DNA of 62,522 nt, the filler included. It is 4 parts of 4 records of this genome, joined end to end, with 100 filler letters (N's around TTAATTAATTAA, not from the genome) between each part and the next. Parts side by side here need not be neighbours in the genome. Positions count along the whole stretch, not along the records: positions 1 to 19,051 come from SRR20825006_680; 3 more parts are not named here. The stretch is one strand, 5' to 3'. Shown one piece after another: positions 1 through 9,584 of the stretch (positions within the stretch are counted from its first letter, which is position 1; each line of letters opens with the position of its first letter). The notes beneath the pieces were generated by a model that saw only the letters and a program-made list of their open reading frames with translations, did not search any database and was not told the origin of the DNA. The translations under genes and the position numbers were made by a program.

Positions 1-149
1 TCGAAAAGACACAAACCAAACCTACCAACGCCATGCTTCAGTCCCTTTTTGAATTGGAGCCGCAAGAGGAAAAGCCCCTGATTATAGAAAAGAAATATGC
101 TCAGGATTCAGAGCAACCTCGATTTCGAGAAAAACAAAAAGAAGATTAA
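1..149 (+). CDS. C-terminal fragment of a BfmA/BtgA-type mobilisation protein (5' end outside the window)
   Basis: Manual translation from nt 3: EKTQTKPTNAMLQSLFELEPQEEKPLIIEKKYAQDSEQPRFREKQKED*, stop at 147-149, directly upstream of the relaxase. Confidence 0.6.
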   Translation, partial: EKTQTKPTNAMLQSLFELEPQEEKPLIIEKKYAQDSEQPRFREKQKED

Positions 150-165
150 CCTAAAAACGATTCCT

Positions 166-1197
166 ATGTACATCAGCATATCACCCCAAAAGCAAGGCGG
201 CAATTACCCGAAAAGTTCTGGTGGGTTTGTAGCTTATCTGGAAAAGGAAAATGAAGAAGACATCAATATGCAAAAAGAGTTCTTTTTTAATCAGGACCAA
301 GAGCATATCACTCCGGAACAAGTAGTCCAAGCAATAGATCAAAACACAGCCAAACTGAAAGCTAAAGAGCCCAAGTTTTATTCTATTACCCTAAGCCCAT
401 CACAACGTGAGCTTGGTCAACTTCAAAACAGTAGTAAAGATTTAAAAGCATATACGCGTGCCGTGATGAAGGATTATGTGACTTGTTTTAATCGAGAGCT
501 TGATGGGCGTCCAATCGCCATTAAAGACATATTGTATTTTGCTAAAGTAGAACATCAGCGTACCTATAAAGGTACAGATATACAAGTTCGAGAGAATCAG
601 CCTTACGCTACAAAAATTCTTAAGCTCCATTCGGAAATTCGTAAAATTAGGCAGGGGAGTGCCCAGGGAAGGATTCGAGATCTAGCTAGGGAAATTGCAC
701 TATTAGAACAACAAGCCCCACATCAGCAAAAGGGCAAGCGTATCGTTCAAGGTATGCCTAAAGCCGGAAATCAAAGTCATATTCATATTATAGTGAGTAG
801 AAAAGATGCATCCAACACCATCAGCCTTTCTCCGGGAAGTAAATACAAAGCTTCTCAAACTAAAATTAATGGAAGACTCATAAAACGTGGTTTTGACAGG
901 GATGCATTTTATTCCAAAGCTGAAAAATCCTTTGACAGGCTGTTTTCCTATCAACGTAATTATGCAGAATCCTATAAAGCGCGAAAAACCTTTATTAAAA
1001 ATACCAACGCCTATTTTGCTGCCCTGCTGAAATTACCGGCTAATGAAAAGGCATTGGCATTTAAACTTATGTCGAAATCGGGTCTGCCTAGGGTCTCCGG
1101 TATACCTGTTTCTCAAGCGCAACTAGCATTGCGAATATTTAAGCGGCTTAGACGCGGGGCTGAAGTAGCCATCAAATCAAGTTCCATCGGAATCTAA
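166..1197 (+). CDS. MobB-family (DUF5712-like) relaxase
   Basis: HUH motif HIHIIVSR, N-terminal YLEKEN, FYSITLSPS. ATG at 166 (MYISISPQK) preferred because the ORF-track start overlaps the upstream gene. Confidence 0.85.
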   Translation: MYISISPQKQGGNYPKSSGGFVAYLEKENEEDINMQKEFFFNQDQEHITPEQVVQAIDQNTAKLKAKEPKFYSITLSPSQRELGQLQNSSKDLKAYTRAVMKDYVTCFNRELDGRPIAIKDILYFAKVEHQRTYKGTDIQVRENQPYATKILKLHSEIRKIRQGSAQGRIRDLAREIALLEQQAPHQQKGKRIVQGMPKAGNQSHIHIIVSRKDASNTISLSPGSKYKASQTKINGRLIKRGFDRDAFYSKAEKSFDRLFSYQRNYAESYKARKTFIKNTNAYFAALLKLPANEKALAFKLMSKSGLPRVSGIPVSQAQLALRIFKRLRRGAEVAIKSSSIGI

Positions 1198-1201
1198 GAC
1201 T

Positions 1202-2785
1202 ATGGAATTCGATCAACTACAGTCGTTCCTTTATTTTGGTATGGGTACTTGCCTTTGCTTTGTAGTGCTATTCAAGCTTACCAAATATGCTTTTAGCATT
1301 AATGCTGTGCTGGTGCTTGCCCTACTGTACTATCTATCCTCCGAGGTGCCGTGGGTTGATTTGGTTATGTACTTAGGGTGTCCTTTGATGCTGATCAATA
1401 CTGCACTATATGTTTATTTAGATGCTTCTGAAAATTCCCATAAAATAGACCCGCGTTATACCGTGACCTTCAAAACAAATCAAGGTAAACTTCAATTGCA
1501 TAATATTATACGGGGCGTTTCAATTATTGGAGCTGCAGGTAGTGGTAAAACCGAAAGTGTAGTATATGGATTTTTACGGCATTTCCAAAAAGAAGAGTTC
1601 TGCGGGGTGATTCACGATTATAAAAATTTTGAACTTACAGAAATGGCTTATCCACTTTTTACAAATGGATCCATTCCTTTCAAAATAATTGCTTTCGACA
1701 GGATATTTCATAAGGTTAATCCAATTGCTCCGCGCTATTTGGAAAATGAGGAAAGTGTGAACGAAGTGGCCAAAGTACTTATTGAAAATTTACTGGAACA
1801 GCGAGAAAGCGGCGTAAGTGGAACTACTAAGTTTTTTAATGATGCTGCGGAAGGTTTGATCGGTGGGCTCATCTGGAAACTCAAAATGGATTATCCTAAC
1901 TTATGCACCCTACCGCATCTGATCGCAGTGTATCAATATTTAGATACCGAGAGTCTTATTGGGTTTCTAAAAACCAATACAACCTCAAGAGCAATGGCTG
2001 ATGCCTTTATCAGTGGGAAAGATTCTGAGCGGCAGACAGCGGGTGTCAAGAGCACTTTGGCCAATGCGCTTAAACGCATCAGTACCCAAAGCATTTTTAT
2101 GGTATTGTCTGAAGATGAAGTACCGCTTAATATTAATAGTACATCAAATCCTTGTGTGCTATCCGTAGTCAATAACCCAAAATACGAGGCTGCCTATGCA
2201 CCGGTTATCGCCACGATTATACATACGATAACCAAACAAATGAGTGTACACGGACAACGCCCTTCTTTTATGATGATGGAAGAAGCGCCAACCATTCGCT
2301 TATTAAATATGCATCGAATACCGGCCACCTTACGCAGTTATGATATTGCAACCCTCTATGTGATGCAAGACAAAATTCAAAACGATATGATGTATGGAGA
2401 TAAAGCGAGTAGAGCCATACTTAGTAACCTTTCCTACCAGTTTTTTGGCAAAGTCAATGACCCCGATACCGCCAAGTATTATGAGCGCTTTTTTGAGATC
2501 ATAAAAAACCCAACCAAAAGTATCAGTAAGGCTGCTAATCTTTTTAAATCTGACACCCGAATAACCAAAGGGGAACGGGAAGTCTCTAAACGAAGAGCTG
2601 AAATTTTCTTTAAACTTAAACCGGGAGAGTTTATCAGTTTTGCGGATGGTAAGGATAAGAAAGTACAATTCAAACGACCCGATATCTTACGGGAACTACC
2701 TACCCAAAACAAACCTTGTACGACAGAAGAATTGAACGCTAATTTTGAGCGGATTTATAAAGAGATTGAAGCTATATTTCAGTAA
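1202..2785 (+). CDS. Type IV coupling protein (MobC/VirD4-like)
   Basis: N-terminal TM helices, Walker A GAAGSGKT, HDYK, Walker-B-like MMMEEAPT; follows the relaxase. Confidence 0.87.
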   Translation: MEFDQLQSFLYFGMGTCLCFVVLFKLTKYAFSINAVLVLALLYYLSSEVPWVDLVMYLGCPLMLINTALYVYLDASENSHKIDPRYTVTFKTNQGKLQLHNIIRGVSIIGAAGSGKTESVVYGFLRHFQKEEFCGVIHDYKNFELTEMAYPLFTNGSIPFKIIAFDRIFHKVNPIAPRYLENEESVNEVAKVLIENLLEQRESGVSGTTKFFNDAAEGLIGGLIWKLKMDYPNLCTLPHLIAVYQYLDTESLIGFLKTNTTSRAMADAFISGKDSERQTAGVKSTLANALKRISTQSIFMVLSEDEVPLNINSTSNPCVLSVVNNPKYEAAYAPVIATIIHTITKQMSVHGQRPSFMMMEEAPTIRLLNMHRIPATLRSYDIATLYVMQDKIQNDMMYGDKASRAILSNLSYQFFGKVNDPDTAKYYERFFEIIKNPTKSISKAANLFKSDTRITKGEREVSKRRAEIFFKLKPGEFISFADGKDKKVQFKRPDILRELPTQNKPCTTEELNANFERIYKEIEAIFQ

Positions 2786-2818
2786 AAGATTTGTTAGCTG
2801 AATTAGGGTGTCGAAACC

Positions 2819-3415
2819 TTAACTAGCACTATTGGGGTTAAAATAATTAAAGAGGGTAGAAGCTAATGGTAGTTTCCCATTAATGACACTTTGGGTGATC
2901 TTCCAAGTAGATTTTTTAATAACTGCCTTCAAGGGTTGGTCTACCAGCTCGATCTTATTAAAAACCGCCTTAAGTTGTTCATCCCACATTTTATAGAAAA
3001 ACAGAAGATCATCAGGATATACTGTTTTTCTTTCATACCCTTCGTCAACGGGTGTGAAAGGCTCTGTGACATTTAAGTAACCGTAATCATCAGTTAGTTC
3101 TTCACCCTTCTCGATATCTCGTATAGCAATTTCATAATCATAAGCAGTAGACAGGCAATTGGAATTAAAACTATGATTCACAAAACGGGCATGATCCCAA
3201 CACAATATGAAGTTACCTTCATTATTTCTATAGGTATAAATGTCTAAAATGTTACGATAGATTGGCTCGAGTGCTTTGTACTGCGATGGCCTGTATACTT
3301 TGTCTAGACGGTCTAATACCCACGTAATGGTTCCTGCAGGAATAAACTTTGTGGCTACAACCCCATATCCTTTTTCTTTATTGATAAATTTTAATTCAGT
3401 ATCTGGATGCATCAT
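2819..3415 (-). CDS. SET-domain protein (putative lysine methyltransferase)
   Basis: KGYGVVA, RFVNHSFNSN and IRDIEKGEELTDDY match the SET signature motifs. Confidence 0.85.
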   Translation of the reverse strand: MMHPDTELKFINKEKGYGVVATKFIPAGTITWVLDRLDKVYRPSQYKALEPIYRNILDIYTYRNNEGNFILCWDHARFVNHSFNSNCLSTAYDYEIAIRDIEKGEELTDDYGYLNVTEPFTPVDEGYERKTVYPDDLLFFYKMWDEQLKAVFNKIELVDQPLKAVIKKSTWKITQSVINGKLPLASTLFNYFNPNSAS

Positions 3416-4160
3416 AACTTAAACCAGCTTTAGCTATAGGTGTTTAAGGTAATTATTGATTTATATCCTATTTATCCTATGGGGATGAAATATGCTATTA
3501 AATTAGGAAATGGATTCTTCTGAAAATTGGTTTTAATTATTAATTAACAACATAGTTTCTAGACAGTAATCAAGCAGTAGATTGTACAAGTTATTTTTTA
3601 GCTTATCCTAAATGAAGTTGAATAGGGTGCTAACACTCTTAAATAACTTAAGAACTAATGGTGCTGCAATAAGGCTAAAACTATACCCCAAAAGCTTTAA
3701 ATATACTGCGTAATTGAAAATTTAATTCAACTAATTCACTGAAAGTTTGTTTTATAGTAGGGCAGTTCAAATGCTTATAAATCCTTTTGCGATATGCACA
3801 AGATTAAGAACTCAGACCTCACAAACTGTACTACATCTATCTTACATTTTTTGAATTTAAAGACTGCTGTAGGGAATTAATTATTTACTATTTGAAGTTA
3901 TATCTCCTTTATCCATAAGAACTAGCCAAACAATATCAAATTTTCAAATTTTCGCCTCAACCAATGAAATAATTATATGTGCTTAAATATTCATTAGTTT
4001 AAGAAGGCCGATGCGCACGTGTCACTCTGCAACTAAAGTTCAGTCAAGCCCTTGAATTCTTTAAAATATTTTAATAAATAATATTAAACTTTATTTAAAG
4101 TCATATTTGGAGGGCTGTGGAATGGTTTTCATCTACTAATTTTAAAATAAAAACGATATC

Positions 4161-4433
4161 ATGAAAACTTCTCCAAACAGTCATTTTGCTAATTTGATAG
4201 CAACAATTCTAAAACGTTATCGCTGCACTGAGTCAGAAAAACAATGGTTATCTACTTTGTCTATAGATCAAATCATACAGATCTCACAGACAGAGTTTGG
4301 CGGCTTTGATAAAGTGACCGGTCAGTTTAATCCTGAAATCAAAAGTGGGACGTACAAGGTTAAGATAGATTACAACGATATGAATGAGGGGCGATGTAAA
4401 CGGGAATACTTGGTTTCTAATCAGATCAATTAA
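4161..4433 (+). CDS. Hypothetical protein, 90 aa
   Basis: ATG after an A-rich leader (AAAATAAAAACGATATC), typical of Bacteroidota; no recognisable motif. Confidence 0.6.
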   Translation: MKTSPNSHFANLIATILKRYRCTESEKQWLSTLSIDQIIQISQTEFGGFDKVTGQFNPEIKSGTYKVKIDYNDMNEGRCKREYLVSNQIN

Positions 4434-4453
4434 ATCTTATAAAATACTAAGTT

Positions 4454-4852
4454 GTGAAGGGTAATCATCAGCATATAACGAATTTTAAAACAGTGCTCTG
4501 GGTGTATCGTTTAGACATTGCTGAGTATTATGCTTTAGCACTTAGTGCAACTGATTGCTATCACAAACATATTTATAAGCGTTTAGGAGCACTTAAAACA
4601 GCAGTTATAGCTAGTATTTGTCATCAAGAGAAAGATATATCCAGTACTAATGAACATTCTGATGTGAATCTTAAAAATCAACTGTATTTTCCAAAACCTA
4701 CTACAACCAACCACCTACGAAGCTTTGAAGCAAAACAGTTTAATAAAGTAATCCAATTGCTTGAAGGATGCAGTAAAGCTTCAAGAGATACAAGTCCACA
4801 ATTGCAATCAAATATGCAGCGATTGCAAGGCTTTTTAAATGCTATGAACTAA
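4454..4852 (+). CDS. Hypothetical helical protein, 132 aa
   Basis: Open frame 20 nt after the previous gene, GTG start; no firm family assignment. Confidence 0.5.
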   Translation: MKGNHQHITNFKTVLWVYRLDIAEYYALALSATDCYHKHIYKRLGALKTAVIASICHQEKDISSTNEHSDVNLKNQLYFPKPTTTNHLRSFEAKQFNKVIQLLEGCSKASRDTSPQLQSNMQRLQGFLNAMN

Positions 4853-4964
4853 TTGTGTTCTTGTTGATACCAGTAGGATACGGTAAAGCAGTATGGTCGC
4901 TTAAAAGATCAATTACACGGTAGCTGCTAGAATTTAGATAAAAACAAACTAAAATTTTTCAATT

Positions 4965-5090
4965 ATGAGTGATAAAAGTAAAAATGATAAAAAAGAGGAT
5001 AAAAAGGATATAGATAAAGGTCCTATTAAAGATGATCACAAAAACCAATACGGAAGTACTAAAGACCGTAAAAAAAAGAGAAGGGCGTAA
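4965..5090 (+). CDS. Small, highly charged 41-aa protein (not in the ORF track)
   Basis: MSDKSKNDKKEDKKDIDKGPIKDDHKNQYGSTKDRKKKRRA*, with an A-rich leader, upstream of the SDR. Confidence 0.5.
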   Translation: MSDKSKNDKKEDKKDIDKGPIKDDHKNQYGSTKDRKKKRRA

Positions 5091-5175
5091 CAAGCAACTT
5101 GCTTATACTTTGAAGTAGTAAGCAGACTTTTTCCAATTAAACATTGCTTTACAACTAACCAATCAATCTATAAAA

Positions 5176-6024
5176 ATGACAAAGCCCAAACAATTTCCAG
5201 AACAAAGTCAAGAACTTCCAGGAAGTGAAGCTAAAATGAATCCGCAGCCTGAAATAGTTAGAGAAAGCTATAAAGGTTCAGAAAAATTAGTGAATAAAAT
5301 TGCATTGATCACAGGTGGTGATAGTGGAATAGGACGGAGCGTAGCGGTCCACTTTGCAAAAGAAGGTGCTGATGTGGCTATAGTCTATAAATCAGAAACC
5401 GAAGATGCTCGATATACTCAAGAACTCGTAGAAAAAGAAGGTAGAACATGTCTTCTATTAGAAGGAGATGTACGGTACCAAAAATTTTGCGAACAGGCTG
5501 TAGATCGAGCAGCGCGAGAATTGGGACCAATCAATATATTAGTGAATAATGCTGCAGTTCAATTTCCTAAAGACCATATTAGCGAAATTGACCAAGATCA
5601 ACTTGCAGAAACATTTGAAACTAATATTTATCCTTACTTCTACTTTGCCAAGTATTTAGAAAACAAATTGGTTAAAGGGGATTGTATTATAAACTCGACC
5701 TCCGTAACTGCTTATAGAGGGTCATCACATTTAATTGATTATAGCAGCACTAAAGGCGCTATTACTACTTTTACACGCTCATTGAGTAAAGCATGGGCAG
5801 AGAAAGGAATTCGAGTAAATGGTGTTGCTCCGGGACCTATATGGACTCCCTTAATTCCGGCGACCTTTGATGAGGTGGCTCAATTTGGACAAGACGTACC
5901 CTTAGGCAGAGCAGGCCAGCCGAGTGAAGTGGCTCCAGCTTATGTATATTTAGCATCGCAGGATGCTAGCTACATCACCGGGCAAATCATACATGTGAAT
6001 GGGGGAGAGGTAGTGGGTGCGTAA
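5176..6024 (+). CDS. Classical SDR oxidoreductase, YghA/general stress protein 39-like
   Basis: TGGDSGIG, NNAA, YSSTK, VAPGPIWTPLI and an N-terminal Q-x-x-PG-x-E extension. Confidence 0.9.
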   Translation: MTKPKQFPEQSQELPGSEAKMNPQPEIVRESYKGSEKLVNKIALITGGDSGIGRSVAVHFAKEGADVAIVYKSETEDARYTQELVEKEGRTCLLLEGDVRYQKFCEQAVDRAARELGPINILVNNAAVQFPKDHISEIDQDQLAETFETNIYPYFYFAKYLENKLVKGDCIINSTSVTAYRGSSHLIDYSSTKGAITTFTRSLSKAWAEKGIRVNGVAPGPIWTPLIPATFDEVAQFGQDVPLGRAGQPSEVAPAYVYLASQDASYITGQIIHVNGGEVVGA

Positions 6025-6047
6025 TACGCCTCCAAAAATAGCTAAAT

Positions 6048-6076
6048 AAAAAGGCTGTCAATGACAGCCTTTTTTT
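6048..6076. terminator. Bidirectional intrinsic terminator
   Basis: AAAAAGGCTGTCA-A-TGACAGCCTTTTT between the convergent SDR and katE genes. Confidence 0.85.
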
Positions 6077-6094
6077 ATGGAATATTTGGATAAG

Positions 6095-8233
6095 CTAAAC
6101 GGCAATACCTTCAACCTTATCTTTACGCTCCCAGTTTCTGTGTTGCGCTATTGCATCGATAAATGCTTTTGGCTTAGCATCTATGAATACGGCTTTATCT
6201 TTTTCATAGTGCTTATATGCACTGTGTTTTAGAAGTGCTTCGCCTTCGCCCAAAGCAGCAACAGCTTTACAATGTTTCAGAGTTTCATTGACAAACTTTT
6301 GAAATTTAGCTTTTGCTTGCAAGCTTTTTACTGCTTTTTGACCTCCCGTAATTAATACCGCATCAAAAAGCACACTTTCTGTTGTTAAAATGGCCGCATC
6401 AACCTCGTGTTTCATACCTTGATCACAAGTTATTGAACCTCCGTGCGGTGCTACTATTTTAACCATTGCTCCAGCTTGCTCTAAAGCAGTTTTGTAAGGT
6501 TCAAAACGTTTCATATCGAACTGGTCTGCAGCTAAAAATGCTATTTGTCGTGTTGCAATACTGTCAAATTTAGTATTGGCTTGACTTAAACTTGAATCTT
6601 TATCTAGATATTGTTTTTTAGAATTAGGCTGAAATTTTTCAATGTCTGCATCTGCACCAATCGCTTGATTGACGGGTTCATCTATTTTCTTCGGTACGGT
6701 CAATCCTAAGCCGTCAGCAACTTTCTTGGCCAATTCTTGGTCAATCTGGTTGATGATCCATAACATACGCTCTTGAATATGTTTATGATTGCATTTACCA
6801 AGTTCAAAAGTATAGGCATCAGCTACGTGTTGTTGCTCCCAAGAAGATAAACTGCGGTAGAAAAGAGCAGGTTGAGAGTAGTGATCGCTAAAGCTAGCAC
6901 TGCGTCCTCGTATCTTGTGCGCATCAATACGCTCTTGGTGGTGCGTGTATCCGCCTTCAGCCATTTTAGCCAAATGCGGACAACCCATGCTTAAGGAATT
7001 AGGGAAGTAAGCAGTTTGACCTTTAGGAATTTCGGTTTGCATATGTCCATCCCTTTGATTGTTATGATGTGGTACTACCGAACGATTGATGGGAATTTGA
7101 TGAAAATTAGGACTTCCGAGTCGCGATAATTGGGTGTCTCTGTATGAGAACAAACGTCCTTGTAATAACGGATCATTAGTAAAATCGATACCCGGGATTA
7201 TATGACCTGGAAGAAAAGCTACTTGCTCGGTTTCTGCAAAGAAATTTTCAGGATTTTTATTTAAAGTCATTTTCCCAATTATTTCTACTGGAACCAATTC
7301 TTCTGGAATCAATTTGGTAGGGTCGAGCAGGTCAAAATCATATTTGTGCTCATCTTCTTCCGGAACCACTTGAATTCCAAACTCCCATTCAGGATATTGA
7401 CCGGCCTCGATAGCTTCCCAAAGATCTCGACGGTGAAAATCTGAATCAGCACCATTAATTTTAACGGCTTCATCCCAAGTTACGGAATGAACTCCTAGCA
7501 CTGGTTTCCAATGAAACTTCACAAAATGAGATTTACCGTCTTTATTAATAAATCTAAACGTATGAATACCAAAACCTTCCATCATACGATAACTTCGAGG
7601 AATGGCCCGATCACTCATTACCCAAATATGATTGTGTAAGGTTTCAGTCGCCCTAGAAACAAAATCATAAAACGTATCGTGAGCCGAAGCTGCTTGGGGA
7701 ATTTCATTATTGGGTTCTGGTTTTACCGAATGAATTAAGTCAGGAAATTTCATCGCATCCTGAATAAAGAAAATGGGCATATTATTTCCAACTAAATCCC
7801 AAGTTCCTTCATCTGTATAAAATTTTACAGCAAAACCTCGTACATCGCGTGCTAAGTCTGGAGAACCCTTAGAGCCTGCGACGGTAGAGAATCTTACAAA
7901 CACAGGAGTTTTACGTTTAGTATCGGTAAAAAGTCCGGCCTTAGTATACTTCTCTATACTTTTATAGAGTTCAAAATACCCGTGAGCTCCGCTACCGCGT
8001 GCGTGAACAATTCGTTCTGGAATTCGCTCATGATCAAAACTGGTGATTTTTTCGCGTAATAAGAAATCTTCCAGTAGCGTAGGGCCACGTTCTCCGGCCT
8101 TTAGTGAATTGTTGGTGTCATTGACTTTAAGCCCTTGGTTGGTGGTCATGACCTGATCCTGATAATCCTTGGTGGATTGCTCGAGTTGATCAATTTTTTT
8201 TGATTTAAACTCGTTAGTTTGCTTTTTACTCAT
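6095..8233 (-). CDS. katE: Large-subunit catalase HPII
   Basis: [24 protein letters not shown] and a C-terminal GATase/DJ-1-like domain; probable ATG at 8233 (MSKKQ). Confidence 0.95.
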   Translation of the reverse strand: MSKKQTNEFKSKKIDQLEQSTKDYQDQVMTTNQGLKVNDTNNSLKAGERGPTLLEDFLLREKITSFDHERIPERIVHARGSGAHGYFELYKSIEKYTKAGLFTDTKRKTPVFVRFSTVAGSKGSPDLARDVRGFAVKFYTDEGTWDLVGNNMPIFFIQDAMKFPDLIHSVKPEPNNEIPQAASAHDTFYDFVSRATETLHNHIWVMSDRAIPRSYRMMEGFGIHTFRFINKDGKSHFVKFHWKPVLGVHSVTWDEAVKINGADSDFHRRDLWEAIEAGQYPEWEFGIQVVPEEDEHKYDFDLLDPTKLIPEELVPVEIIGKMTLNKNPENFFAETEQVAFLPGHIIPGIDFTNDPLLQGRLFSYRDTQLSRLGSPNFHQIPINRSVVPHHNNQRDGHMQTEIPKGQTAYFPNSLSMGCPHLAKMAEGGYTHHQERIDAHKIRGRSASFSDHYSQPALFYRSLSSWEQQHVADAYTFELGKCNHKHIQERMLWIINQIDQELAKKVADGLGLTVPKKIDEPVNQAIGADADIEKFQPNSKKQYLDKDSSLSQANTKFDSIATRQIAFLAADQFDMKRFEPYKTALEQAGAMVKIVAPHGGSITCDQGMKHEVDAAILTTESVLFDAVLITGGQKAVKSLQAKAKFQKFVNETLKHCKAVAALGEGEALLKHSAYKHYEKDKAVFIDAKPKAFIDAIAQHRNWERKDKVEGIAV

Positions 8234-8360
8234 AGCATCAATATTGGTTAGTAACTGTTTAAAATTAGACAGTTGCATCAATACATATGCTATCTAAAAG
8301 GTTAAAGTATTTCTATAGGTTAATTAAAATTATCTTAAATCATAAGTTTGCAATCGTAAT

Positions 8361-8768
8361 TTATAATAGAGCTAAGGCAGTAGCTGCAAAAAGAATATGT
8401 GCGATCAATAAATTGAGGTAATAACGATGTCTGTCAAAATTTTTTGAAGGCTTGGAAAACCAAAAAAGAAGTATCCACATCAAGATTCCTAAACCACCTT
8501 CTAACCCTCCGAATATTAAAATTTCTAAATACTGAGGAAACGAAAAATAGTTCCTAAGCAGATCGATTAAGTATAGAAAACCAATTCCGGTAATATAATG
8601 GGTGATCCATCCGTAAGGGGAACGCCAGCCATCTCTTTTAAAAAGCAGTCGGTTTAGCCAATAAGGTTCCACTAAATTTTGATGCACTAAACAACTAAAG
8701 CCATAGCTGAATAAAGTCATTACTGTAGTACTTGCTAAGGTGATCAAAAATAAGGAGACGATATTCAT
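8361..8768 (-). CDS. Hypothetical membrane protein, about 4 TM
   Basis: Hydrophobic segments, GWITHY and LIAH; ATGA overlap with the upstream gene. Confidence 0.7.
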   Translation of the reverse strand: MNIVSLFLITLASTTVMTLFSYGFSCLVHQNLVEPYWLNRLLFKRDGWRSPYGWITHYITGIGFLYLIDLLRNYFSFPQYLEILIFGGLEGGLGILMWILLFWFSKPSKNFDRHRYYLNLLIAHILFAATALALL

Positions 8769-9316
8769 AACTTGGTTTGTTTTTCTTCCTCTTCAATTTC
8801 CTCCTCAGATATCAGGTAGTGATCCTTACCCAAACCTACAATTGTTATAATATTGGTGACAGTGGTATAGAGTAAGAGCACAACAGTAACCATCATACCG
8901 CTTAGTAAAGAGGATGAAAAGAGTGTTGCCCAATAAATATATTTAAACCAAAAGGTGGGTACTTGCTCAGATTCTGTAATTGGAATATTAAAAATCTGAA
9001 AAAGCACTAAGGCAAAAATAAATAGTACAGTATCTAATTTTGCAATATTCGCGACCTGCTTATAATGCGCTTTCTTTAATGTAGATCTTGAACTTGTGCT
9101 GATACCCAAGAGCGTGAGCAATAAGGTTAAAATGGTAGCTGAGCCCAAAACGATGGTATTGCACAACATATTAATACCAGAAAGAGAGGCTTCAATAAGC
9201 ACTTTACCTTCATAACCGCTTATATTTCCTAATACAAAAACTGCAACTAAAAGAAATACAAAGGTGATAAAACCACCCATTAGAGCACGTTTGTTTGTAC
9301 TGATAAAGTTTTTCAT
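8765..9316 (-). CDS. Hypothetical membrane protein, about 4 TM, acidic tail
   Basis: Four hydrophobic segments; 4-nt overlaps with both neighbours. Confidence 0.75.
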   Translation of the reverse strand: MKNFISTNKRALMGGFITFVFLLVAVFVLGNISGYEGKVLIEASLSGINMLCNTIVLGSATILTLLLTLLGISTSSRSTLKKAHYKQVANIAKLDTVLFIFALVLFQIFNIPITESEQVPTFWFKYIYWATLFSSSLLSGMMVTVVLLLYTTVTNIITIVGLGKDHYLISEEEIEEEEKQTKL

Positions 9317-9576
9317 CTTGTATACGATTTATCGTATTTCAATTTGGTGTAAACCATCATTCCATTAAATAGAAAAGACAGCCCATTGGTTATAATTATA
9401 GGCCAATCTTCTTTTAGTATGCCATAGATGGTCCAAGACCCTACACCTATTAATAGGCACATAAACATTGGTAAGGATATGTCTTTGGCAGATTTAGTGC
9501 GTAACACTTTATACACCTGAGGGAGTACTGCTATTGTCGTAAAAATGCTAGCTGTCGTTCCTACAATTGTTTCCAT
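9313..9576 (-). CDS. SemiSWEET / PQ-loop transporter
   Basis: 87 aa, 3 TM, LPQVYK, KDIS, W-x-x-YG, PIIITN. Confidence 0.9.
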   Translation of the reverse strand: METIVGTTASIFTTIAVLPQVYKVLRTKSAKDISLPMFMCLLIGVGSWTIYGILKEDWPIIITNGLSFLFNGMMVYTKLKYDKSYTR

Positions 9577-9584
9577 GACCTTGT

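Noticed and set aside
3416-4160. Possible pseudogene or ncRNA in the 745-bp gap
   Set aside because: The frames I checked are closed by stops, and I saw no recognisable protein remnant or stable structure.
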